Part shown: one piece after another, positions 49,290 to 61,000 of the stretch
How the letters are laid out: the number at the start of each line of letters is the position of its first letter
How positions within the stretch are numbered: position 1 is the first letter of the stretch
NCBI GenBank assembly: GCA_036172245.1
Contig: JAYWIR010000025.1
Location: forward strand, 744,001-808,000
Reading direction: 5' to 3'
Source of the DNA: Raillietiella orientalis
Taxonomy: Eukaryota
DNA: 64,000 nucleotides
Notes under the pieces: model-generated
The model's input: the letters and a program-made list of their open reading frames with translations, nothing else
Told to the model about the DNA's origin: nothing
The model's database searches: none
Program-made: the position numbers and the translations under genes

Positions 49290-49678
49290 GCTACCTCTGG
49301 GGGATCCCACTGGAATAGAAAAGAGGTTCCCTTCGAAGACAAACAAGGTGGAGGGTCCTTCCTCGGGAGAGGAAATTCCAAAAGCGGATCCTTTCCGGGT
49401 TCCCTCCAGAGAAGATATAGCGAAGTGGCGCTTTCCGGGAGACCCCTACAGAGAGAATAGGAAAGAGTTTCCCTTCGAGGTTCCCTCCCAGGCGTAATAA
49501 GGACCGATCCCTCTCTCTTGAGTCCTTCCTGGATTCATAGGGTGGTCCCCTCCCGGGATACCCCCTAATTTGAAGAGTCTCGTGATAATCACACTCTATC
49601 AAAGATCCTGATGAAGTATGATTTTAAGAGTTGCACGAGCCCTCTAGAGGCGTGGACAGCGTTTAAAGAGCTTCGTGA
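49290..49678 (+). mobile_element. SINE family A, 3' half
   Basis: AAATTCCAAAAGCGGATCCTTTCCGGGTT (reverse complement of ~27100-27130), CCTGGATTCATAGGGTGGTCCCCTCCC and terminal GCGTGGACAGCGTTTAAAGAGCTT. Confidence 0.72.
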
Positions 49679-52600
49679 TTCACTCCCTCCCCCTTCCCCC
49701 CCCCCACAAGAAGGAGAACGGTTCTTTCGCACTCTTTGAAGATCAAAAAAAGAACCCCCTCCTCCCAGGCATACATGTCTGTGACGCCGAGTTTACAGCC
49801 AGAAGCTTTCCCTAGTCCTTTTCCGCATTTTTCCCGTAAGGCTAGCAAAACGAGGATGAAGTTCCCCAGCTTCCACGAAACAGGAGGGCTGAGGATGGAC
49901 CGGCTGCGCGGAACACCCCATGATGGATTTCGACCCACAGCCTGATCTAGCCGGAAGCCACAGGAACAAAAAGAAGTAGGGACGACCTTCTCGAAGAGAT
50001 GGAGTTGGAACCGCAGGTCATCGTACCAAAGATGCAGATCTGGTCGGCTGCCTTGGTTTCTCAAAGCATACGGCAATATAGGAGTGACCTCAAGATACAA
50101 CAAGTGCTGTTGTTGCAGATCGCACGCCGAATGGGAAGCCGAGGGATCAACAAGGGACGGGTGGATGGGCGTCCACTTTTCATGACAAAAATTTCTGCAA
50201 AAAAAGGAAAAATGGAGCAAGGAGAGATGAATAAGAAAGGGATTACGACTATGGAAAGCTAGGTCGATCTGGAAAACGACCTGCGGTGGACGAGCAATCA
50301 CGGTTGCAGATACGTGGGAAAGCTGATTATTTCAGGATGAGCAACTTGGATCTCACCCAGAAGAAAGAGTCCGTTGCTTACGCAACATGCATGCATGGAG
50401 AAAACTCCCACATCTCTTGGGGAGATGGGATTGGTCGGTATCGATCTTCCTGCATGGGGGACACAGGAGGCTAACATCATGGAGCTACCTGCCCTTATTT
50501 TGTGTTCGACCGAGCAGAAAGAAGCAGGTAGAAGTGGACCATGATCTTGCAAAATCTGCTGACTTCTACCAGGCACTTTTTCACCTACATGCTAGAGTCA
50601 TCAACGCGATCGCTTACGCAAAGAACGAGGTGCACCTGAGAAGCACCTGGGCAACGATTCGCCAGTAACAAAATGGAAAAATGACGAATGAGACCACCTG
50701 CTGAACTTAACTCAAGGATGAATGAACCTCGGTCTCTGGTCTCCTTGTTTCTTGCAACCATCGTCTGTCCGCCTTTCCTTGACGTTCGTCCGATCCACAA
50801 AGCACTCGCATGTCCGATTTCTCCGCTACAGTTTCGCATTTTCGATTCCAACTGGTTCTCGTGACGGCTGCTTTTTCTACAGCTCCATTTTTCCTGCAGC
50901 ATGCAGGAAGACTCATCGTCTCTCGTTCATCTTTCCTCCCACTCCCCCTAAGACACTGCTAATTCGCAGCTATCCCATGACTTTCCTCATCTCTATGCAT
51001 GCACCTTTCACAATGTTCCTCTCGTATCAACGGCAAGCAGCTTCAGATCATCAGCAAACGAGAAATGCTTGCCTGTTCTCTTAGTGAGAACAGCGCTATC
51101 CCTTCAAGACGAAAATGTCGAGAATTCATCTTTAATCCATTCGGAGTCAGGCTTACATGCTTACCGCTAATGGTGCCGTCACCCCAACGTGACCCACACC
51201 TTCTTTTGAGCAGTTAACCATTTCGAACTCGATGGCAGCTGTAGTGAGAAATACGAAATTACGAAACGAAACGACAGTCCTCGATTCGGTTTCTTAATTT
51301 TCCCGCAATTCCCCATTCCCGCTTCTCTGCAGGCTCTTCAGAAAGACGTCCAGTAATCATCGTTCTTGTGAATAAATACTAGATAATGACTTCGAACTTC
51401 AAAGCCAAGGACTTGGAACATCAAAGGAGTACCATTCCTATCCTGCCTTCTCAAAGGGACTTTAGTAATCTTTACTGCTTCGGTCTCTGTTCTTCTTCTC
51501 TCGTTCATCAGTGTTTTCTTAGACCTGCCATGTGTTCTAAGTTTCGCAACTCTTCTCCATCAGGAACGAGAGATGCATGTGATCCAGCATCCACGAAATT
51601 CTCAGGACAAACAAAAGGACTCATCAGAATGAAGATTCGGAGAAGCACATCAGGCCAGAAACACTGTTTTCCACCAAGGAGACGCAGTTACCAAGCAAGG
51701 ATCAATAAGGGAAACTCTACTCAGAAAATGTACTTAAGATTAGAAATACGAATACGGCTGCTCTCCTGTCTTTCTTTGTGTATTTCTTCACGATAAACCT
51801 GCCAATATGGGAAACAACTAAATAGTCATCATGGAAAAATGCTGAATATCTTGACTTCTGCAGGGCAATTGTTTTATTATTTGACTATGCAGGAGTTTAG
51901 CATTCCTCGGGAAAAGCAGAAATTCGGAAACCACCCCCAGGTTGACCTCAGAAGGTGACGTTTGCTGCGATAATTTGAGAAACTCAGCTAGTCTCTCTCT
52001 CTCTCTCTCAGCTGGACCATCTCTCTCGAATTTTCTTGCACTCCCTGGCTGTGATGGATACAACGCATTTGAAAAATGACCACAGAAAAATTGGGATCCG
52101 ATAGTTTGACCTGACACCCATCTTTCTACAGGTGAATGCAGCAGTTCCGTCTAGTGGATGACAGTTTAGTTGGTTTCCATCTCATACAATCCCATCCCAA
52201 CTGGCTGAAGTCCGATGCACCGAAAGAGAAAGTTCTCGCATCAACACATGTCCTCTATTTTGCCATCTACTTTACAAGCAACCACATTCCTGGAGGCACT
52301 GTAGAGCAAAGATTCTGTTTTCAGTGCTGATTCCATTGATCAGTTTGAATTCACCCTCAACAAGCCATAGTAAAGTGTCCAGTGAAATCTCACCAAAACG
52401 GATGCTGACGGAAACGATGGAGGAAATGTACAGAACACCTCAAAAGAACACTTTTATTGCATAGAAAACACACACAAAAGAAAACTTTTCATGCAGTAAA
52501 ACAAGTCATAATTGAAAACCTTCCGTTTGGCATTCCTATTCGTCTACAGGAAGAGGAAAACGATTAGAGAAAAAAAAGTGAAGTACTTCCTAAAAATCGA

Positions 52601-55600
52601 TTATTGGATTTGAGAAGAAATTTCCGATTCATCGCCGCAAAATTTATAGCCTTTAGATAGCTCTTGGGAATTAGTTGCTTGAGGGATTTCTGGACCACAA
52701 ATAATAATGGCTGCCCATTCCAGTTCGGTTATTTTTGAAGGGCTTAGCAATTTCAAACTACGATCGTAAATCTTCTCAAGCAATGCATATGGGCTACTTA
52801 TGTGAAACCAAGGATCGTTCGAGAATTTTCAGCACGTAATTTTTTGGATGTGGCACTTGGAAATTCTGGAATTCTTCCAACGGAATACGAATTAAAAGAA
52901 AAGCAACAACAACAACACACATGAGGAATAATTGGCTTGGAAAAAAAAAAAAAAAACGAGTGGCAAGTGATGCAGAATAGTGATGCTAGGGTTGATTCAA
53001 GAATGCACATCTACAAACCTTATTTTCAACCTTTTATTATTGCAATTGAGGTCTTTTTTGGCTTTGCCAATGTTACCTTTGCACTTGTTCCATTTGACGA
53101 CCAGCTTGCTGGTGGAGGTGTTCAAAAAAGAATAGTTAGAGCTAAAATTATTTTTTCAAATGGAAATGTTTAGAGTGAAAAATCAGGATAAGTTTTTGAA
53201 AATCATGACTGATTCTTCCGTACAGCAGTCTGTAAAAAGCACGTAGTCCACGAAGAGAGATTCTTTTGGCTTTGAAAAATCCTCCAGTAAATCAAATTTT
53301 CGGCCATTTCTCTTTATAATGTAGGATCTGTACTAAATTTTTATCCATCACAAGCATTTTGTGGATAACAACAAAAGGAAATCAGAAGCAGCCACGCTGC
53401 ATCCGTATCATAATGTAATCCGTATCATCAAATGAAATTATTCTATAGGAAAGATCACTCGCTGCATTTGTAATGCAGTGATCCGCACATCAAAAATAAA
53501 ATGACAACACAGACAAGAAAACACGAGATGTTACAGACCATCACCACCATTCGTACTTTTTTTTTGCAAGAGAGGAAACAAAGCTCAGAAGATCTTGGCA
53601 CGGAACACCCCCATAAAGACAAGAAAAAATTCTATCCTATGAAAGCACACTTTCAGTGTGACCTTCCAACACAGTCACATACTACAACACACCTCACGAT
53701 GGGTGCGATCACCGCAGTGTTTTCATTCTCCAATCCCCTCACAACAGCCGCCGTGACAGCCTTTCTGCAAGTACAGTGCTCCTGGCAGATTCCCAGGAAA
53801 TCGCAGGATGCAGAGAAAAGGTCCTACGGAAGTGATACAACTGCTGCCGTCCTCTCACTGAGATGCATGTGACCGTTTCCTGCAGGGATACTTTCGGGAT
53901 GAACTCTTCCAGTCAAATCTGTAAAACTTAGAGGAGACCTCCTCAAGACACAAAATTAGAGCTTTTGGTCTACTCGAGCACGTTCCACAGGATGCATCCA
54001 GTTCAGGGAAATTCCCTTCCGGCAAAATTCATTTCTGGATCTAAATTTCCGAAAGTCACAGAAACCTTTTGGCCAATGATGCCATTGAATTTGATATCAC
54101 ATTCATATCCTGCGGAACGTGACGCACATAGTCATATCGCTATTTTTCGCTGCATTTCCAAGGCTTTCGTGAACTAGATTAATACACTTTTTTAATGCAT
54201 AATCGCCATTAATTTGATTTGACCAAGATAAAATATATAGGCATTTTTTGAAAAATCCATCTGACTTTCACTTGAATTGTTTTTCAGTTATCTGCATAAA
54301 CTTAGATGTTGAGCAGAAAATTTCCAATCTTACATTGTGAAATCCAGCATCTTACAGTATTCGCTTCCTTAATCCCGGAGCGCCCATTTTAATTTTTCTT
54401 GTTTCTAAAAATCCGCAAAGAAAAGCTTCTAATAATTAAGTTTACCAAATTTAAGAATCACGGAACAGTCACTTTTAGCCTTTTTTTTTCTTTCTTAAGC
54501 ATTTCGAATAACCTGTTAATAAGTATCGACCTCTATCAAATTTTTCTCCCAAGACATTTCGAAATTTAAATTGCCGTGTTCAAAAGTAATCAACATGCTC
54601 AATCCCGACTCTGAAATTTGCTTTCAGACCTTTGTTTGCTTATGAAGTCCCAAATTAGTTTCTCATTGCTCAAGTTTTTTTTTTTTTTTTTTTTACTAAT
54701 GTGCGTGAGGTCTTCGAGGCTGAAAGAAGCGTCTTCCGTGACTCTATACCCGGACAATTCATATGGAGAATTGGGAGATACCAGATAAATCCGATAGAAT
54801 AGTGTGAATTTATAATTTCCGATTGCAAAGGTGCATTGCAAACGGATTTGATGAGGTGGAACTTTTAAGGAAAAATGATGAAAAAAAGAATGATACATGG
54901 ACAGGATAAAGTCAGCTTTCTTCTACCTGGATTTCTTGCTAAATTCAGATCTTAATCCCATCAGACTTTCGGTCTCTTCGAATTATACATTTTCTCAACA
55001 TCATGGGCAGTGTGCTTGATTCTGATTGCTACACGTGTGAAGGAAAAGCAAAAAAGAAAAAAAGGATCTGCCAAAACTGTACAACTGAAATAGAAGTTCG
55101 TTCAAAACTGTTAAATCCTTTTCATTCGCATGCTTATCCATATCGTGTTCTCCTTGCATGACAATCAGTATATATTGGTTTTGGATCAAGAAAATTCTCT
55201 GTGGTACATCGTCCCTAAGACGGTGTCAAGTGGGACTCTTTTGCTTCCAACCTGTGCTCTCAAGTTCAAAAAGACTGCATGAAGCCTTGTTTTGACTCTC
55301 AGTGTGCTCAGATTGAAATCTTAAAGCGTGAACAAGGAATTTCAACTAAAATGATGTCGAAATAAATAGGCAGCCGATGAAATTTGCCATACCCACCATG
55401 TTACCAACGGTTGTTTCGTATTCCTTGCACTTGTGCTTTGACTGCTGGACTGAGTGCAAGTAATCGAAAGCTGTGTTAATGTTGAAGCATGATTCAGGAG
55501 AGCATTCTTTACTTGCATTCTTCACCACTGAAGTCTGAATTTCGTCTCGAAGCTTTCCATTGACAAGTCAATTCAATTCACTTCTATTTTCTGATAGCAA

Positions 55601-55864
55601 TGGCACAATAATCGTTTTTTAATAACCTATCGTAGATGTACGTGCAACATGGAACGGTATAATTGTGATGAAAAACCAAATGAATCGAAAAACCTATTTC
55701 CGCGCATGGAACATTCCCAACTTTGTACAAGTCGGTGTACTTGTTGAAATGCGGCCAAGGAAGATTCTGGTAGCAGCATGCAAGCAACAGATTTGAAAAG
55801 CATCCAAGTCGTGAGCACTCACCGTTGCATTTGACCATGGGATCTGTAAGCGTTTAGTGTAAAC

Positions 55865-58007
55865 ATGGGCAAAGGTGAGCCATGTTTTGAGAAATACTTT
55901 CAGGGTATCATATCTAGTATGGATAAGAGTGATATCAGTAATATATCGAAAGAACTAGCCAGCCTAAAAACCATTTACCGACAAGTTTCCTATGTCATGA
56001 ATAATTATGCATCAAAACTTCCCAACGTTAAAGCTGTAAAATCAGAAAAAAGTATCGATTCGTTCCAGGATCTTAAGAAGGAATCCATGTGCCTGTATAA
56101 AACGGGAGAATTTGAAAATGCTTTAAAATACATAAACCTGGCAATCGGCACATTACCCCTAACCCTGAATAAATCACACGAAAGATTGTTACTTTCCACT
56201 GACTGTGTGTGTTTCGATGAACAGTTATTAAATTGTTTCGATCCCGAAACGGCAACGAAATTCTGTGAGTGCGTAAATCAAAGATCTGCTATCTTGTACA
56301 AGCTGAAGGACTATTACTGTTGTGTTTGTGACATTAACAGGATTCTTCTTACCGAGAGTCCAGAAAATTTTGATGATCTACTTGTGAGAAAGGCTTCTTG
56401 TTATTTAAACGCTCATTTTCATCCTGAATTTCATTCCCAAATCCAAGACTTAATCAACTCCAGGCATGAAAATGATGAAGCAAGAGTTACCCATTTAAAA
56501 GCGCTGTTTGCAAAAGGAGGAGAATTATTTTTTCCCAACAAATCATGTGTAACTACGCGTTCGTATCAAACAATGTTGCCTAAAACTTATCCACACAGTA
56601 AACTCAAAATAAGGATTAGTGCAGAATTAGGAAGGAGCATACATGCTTCTGAGGATTTGAAACCTGGTAATATTGCTGACCAGATTGTTTAACAAACATG
56701 GTTGTAGTGTATTTATGATTCTGGTTTTTACAAAAATTGCTTCTGCTTAGTAATTACATGTTTTCATCATAGGAGAATGTATTTTAATAGAAGAGCCATA
56801 TGCTTCAACTCTTGTACCACAAATGTGGCACACCCACTGCCAGTATTGTCAACAAAGACTCCACTGTGCTTACCCATGTCTTCATTGTGCCAGTGTAAGA
56901 AATTCATTTACTGATTTCTTAAGTCAGATGTAGGTTCTGTTTTGCAGTCCAACCTGCATGCAGTCAGCATGGAATGAATTCCATCAGTTTGAATGCAAAT
57001 TTTCTTGCAATCTAGCTGATGACAGTCTTGGAAAAATGGCAGGCTTAGCATGCCGAGTCATTACTAGAACAGGAATTGATCATCTATTGCAAAATCGAAC
57101 CTTACTCTTAAATGAAATAAAGCAGAAGCTTCAAACGGATCCTTCCATCTGTGACAGCACGTATGAAAATATTTTTCATTTGGTTGGACACCATGCAAAA
57201 CGTACTGTTGCTGATCGATTCCGACGTATTACAATGTCTATATACTTATTACGCTGTCTTGAAGTCACAAGTTTTTTTAAAAATACGCTTACAGATGAGA
57301 ATAAACAAATAGTAGCATCATTTTTATTGCATCATTTACAGAATTTGCCATGCAATGCCCATGAACATAATGAAATGCTTTTGGCACATAGCTTAGAGCA
57401 TTCTCAGATGGTAGAAATAGCAAGTGGCATATTTCCAACCCTTAGTTTATTCAATCATTCATGTGACCCTAATGTGACCAGAATATCTATGGGACAAGCA
57501 ATCCAAGTACGGACAATTCGTTCTGTTCACAAAGACCAAGAATTAGTTGACAATTATGGATATCATTATGCTCTTCATAATCTAGAAGAGAGACGGGAGA
57601 AACTATTAAGTCAATATTACTTTTATTGCAAATGTGAAGCATGTTTAAATCAGTGGCATCTTTATAAAGATTTGCCACTTTGGCCCCAATTGAAGTGTCC
57701 TTGGTTATGTGAAAATCAACCTCACTGTTGCCATAAACATGAAATTAATGAGGAATTCTTGAAGGGACATCAATACCTGGAAGCTGGCATGGAAAAAGTT
57801 TTATCTGGACGTATTGATGAAGCACTAGGATTGCTGCTTCCTGTGATACCTATTTTTGATAAATATACAAGGAGACCATTTAGTCATTATAATGATGCTC
57901 AGGAAGCTTTGAAACAATGCTTTGCCATGATGGGAAACTGTTATGACAGTGATGGACAATGGGTTGAGCTTTTATCTTCCTTATCCAGTAAAATCACCTA
58001 TAGATAA
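55865..58007 (+). CDS. SMYD4: SET and MYND domain lysine methyltransferase, SMYD4-like, 3 exons: 55865-56666, 56773-56894, 56934-58007
   Basis: N-terminal TPR-like helices, S-sequence GRSIHASEDLKPG|ECILIEEPY, MYND finger CQYC...CLHC...FCSPTC...HQFEC, SET motif SLFNHSCDPN, NYG and post-SET YYFYCKCEAC. GT-AG introns of 106 and 39 nt keep frame. Exact start codon and orthology among arthropod SMYD4 paralogues are uncertain. Confidence 0.88.
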
Positions 58008-61000
58008 AATGCTCTCCTACAGTCCCATGAAACAATTACTTATGAGCTGATAATAAATTAAGCTGCAAAGCTCTGTATTATTTTGCAACTATTGTATTTT
58101 AAAGCATGTACATTTACCTACCACATATGCTTCACTTATGTTTTCAAGCAATTCTTTTTTTTGTTTTATTTCCAACCTTACTACATAAATGCCATCTCAA
58201 TGCCTAGTTACAACTGCATACATAATCCTAACACTAACTGAACCAACAAAGAAAACAGTAGTAGCAAGAACTGATTGTAAAGAAAAGGAACTTTACCACA
58301 GCAAGATATTAAAAGTTCGGCACTTTGCTGTCTCAAGAATCAAAACTCAAAGTACTGTACCCATGTTCACATAAACCAGTTTTCTTTGAAAATGGGTAGC
58401 ATTAGACTTTTTCATCAAAGTTTGCAATTCAAGCTCCTTCAAATTGTAGCATCCATAATGGTTTAAGCATGATGGCTAGCCCCAACCCACCCCAACACAT
58501 CTGTAACAAGCAATAAACAAAGTTGGGCTGGATGCCACACTTGAAACTGAGGTGCTTCATAAATCTGAAACTGGCATGCAAATTGGATATCACTCTTTTT
58601 AGTATACTTTGACACTTAAATTGGATCTCAAAACTACTGAGATGTAAATGCTCATAACTTAGTATGGATTTGTAGACTTTCACTACGATATTAACCGCAA
58701 ATACCATAATAGTCTTGCACTTAATTCCAGAAATACAAATTTCCTTTTGCTCCACCCATCACATGTAGTGCAACTTTGATCCATAAACTAATGATGTTTA
58801 TCCTGTAATGATTCTTCTCCATACTTATATGCTGTAATTTTGCACTTAATTTATGTGTTCAAATGATTCTTTATGAATTCTTTGATTCTTCAAATTCACA
58901 AATGGTTTTCAAGGGAAAAGTTCCAATCCGAAAATAATTTCCAAAAAGAATTTTAAAATTATTGAGGAGAAAAAGTTACTATGCACAGAAAAGAAAACGA
59001 TGAGCACAAAGTTATTATAAACAGCCAGAAAACTTGTCAAACGGAACAAGTTATCAAAGTTCAACATTTATCAAAGCTTTGGTGTTACTGGTAAAAGACC
59101 TGGCAGAACTAATGTTGCTCTTGATTCTCTCCTATATATGCTTGATACTTTATTAAATCTATAGATTTAATGAAGTTTCAAGCGTAACGTGATTTTGGGA
59201 GCTGAGTGAACTATATTATTATATCTGCAAATAAGGTTTGGAAATAAAACTTCACGCATGCATGCCAGAGAAATAATGATCCCGATATTGCACACCAACT
59301 ATGTTTAAGAAACAGTTCATTCTAATTTTACCTGAAGGAAGTTTTTGAAGGTAGTTTGAAAAGACTCTGATTAGCATATTGGAACTAAAACAGAACGAAG
59401 ATTAAGAAAAAAGTCTGCACACTTGCAGATTGGAAAGAAGGAAATGACCAGGACAAACTTCGCGATTTTTCTGGTTTCCAGAAGTTGAATTTTGGCTAGA
59501 CCAAAAATATACGAAAGCAAGTAATTAAATATAAATCATAGGTCGTTGAATCCATTACAGACTCAGACCAATCTTTCAAGAAATCTTCATGATTCGAGAG
59601 ACTTTATCCACAGAATTCTTTAGTGACTTATTAATATTCTTTAGTAAAGTACGCATCAATTGTTTTTTGGCTCATCACTCCTAACATTGAGTACTTCAAT
59701 AGTTGCTGTATGATCTCATCACAGATAGCAGCTTCACACAGTAACGTTGCGGTGAACTTTGATTCTTGGATCAATCTTCCAAAAACTTTCTCAATATGCT
59801 TTTCTTACGGGTCCAAGGTTGCAATCATAACATAAGCTTGAAGAGTTGCCATGCTAATCCTCGCACAATTCTGGATTTAATCCATTATCCCGATCCATGA
59901 TCTCTATGTAAGCCAGTAATCACGTTTGGCCGACAAACCCGAGATTTTCTAGCATTTTGCCCCACGGCAAGCAGCCGCATCGATAATAATGTTCGACCGC
60001 TTTTAGTTTATTTTGAGAACAAGGAAAATACTAGAGATGGCTTTCAGATCTTCTCAAAGGCAATCTTCTTCAATATGCCCAGCCTCTTTAAGAATGCCGA
60101 ATCATCATGGAAGACTATATCGTCCATCTCAGAAAAGAACGTTTTCCTCGATCGCATACTTCTCCGCGTACCAATAAACATGAGATCACCGGAAATCATT
60201 GAATACATCGATCCCATGATTTCCAGTGATTCACGTTTATGAAAGTAATGTAGCTATTTTAAAAAGAGTAAATTTAAGCAGTTTGCACTAATCTATTTGG
60301 TTCCCTTTTAGAGGTTGATTTCTTCACACATGCAGTTCATATTCGATTCAGAAACGCGCAATAAACTTGTGTTTGTGTTTGTCAAGATCTCCACCTTTTC
60401 AAAATCTCCACTCTCCTTTCACTTGGACTCAGAATTTTAACTTGCTTTTCAGAACACCAGTCTCCGTGTTCTTCCTTATATGGGTACGAAATGGATTCAC
60501 CACTACAAAGCTGCACTTCTCAATACAACAGGATCTGGTGCTTTCGCGAAAAGTTGTACGAAACATCAGTATTGGTCCGAATCTTAAGGTTCAATTTTCC
60601 AGTGTTCTGCTTTGATAAAGAACTTTTCATTAGTTTTGGAATAATCTATTTCCTGCTTTTACAAAGAGGAGTGAAAATGTACAAATTCGGTTCCAATTGA
60701 AAGAAACTATCACACAGATGGAGATTTGGGAAAAGTCTTGCTCCCTAATCTACACTGTACCAAAATTGTACTTAAAGGGTTGCTGAAAGTAAACTTCGGT
60801 GTGGATTGGAGAAAGAGTTGATCGCAGCCCATCGAAGTACCTTGAATTTTTAATCGTTTCATTCACTTCTACGCACAGCCATCCAACAACTATCCCGTTT
60901 TTACCTTCGAAGAGATCTTAAGAAGTTGAAGTAAAATCGAATGAAAAAGTCAGTCGCTAATATACAGAACTATTTTCCAATGAATACAAGCCTACTCTTG

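Noticed and set aside
30500..49500. Dozens of long overlapping ORFs (up to 401 aa) in the ORF track
   Set aside because: Arg/Pro/Gly/Ser-rich, overlapping in several frames, no recognisable domains; expected from stop-codon scarcity at high GC.
55770..55838. RPA1 divergent from SMYD4, as in mammals
   Set aside because: Only superficial N-terminal resemblance; no OB-fold motifs downstream.
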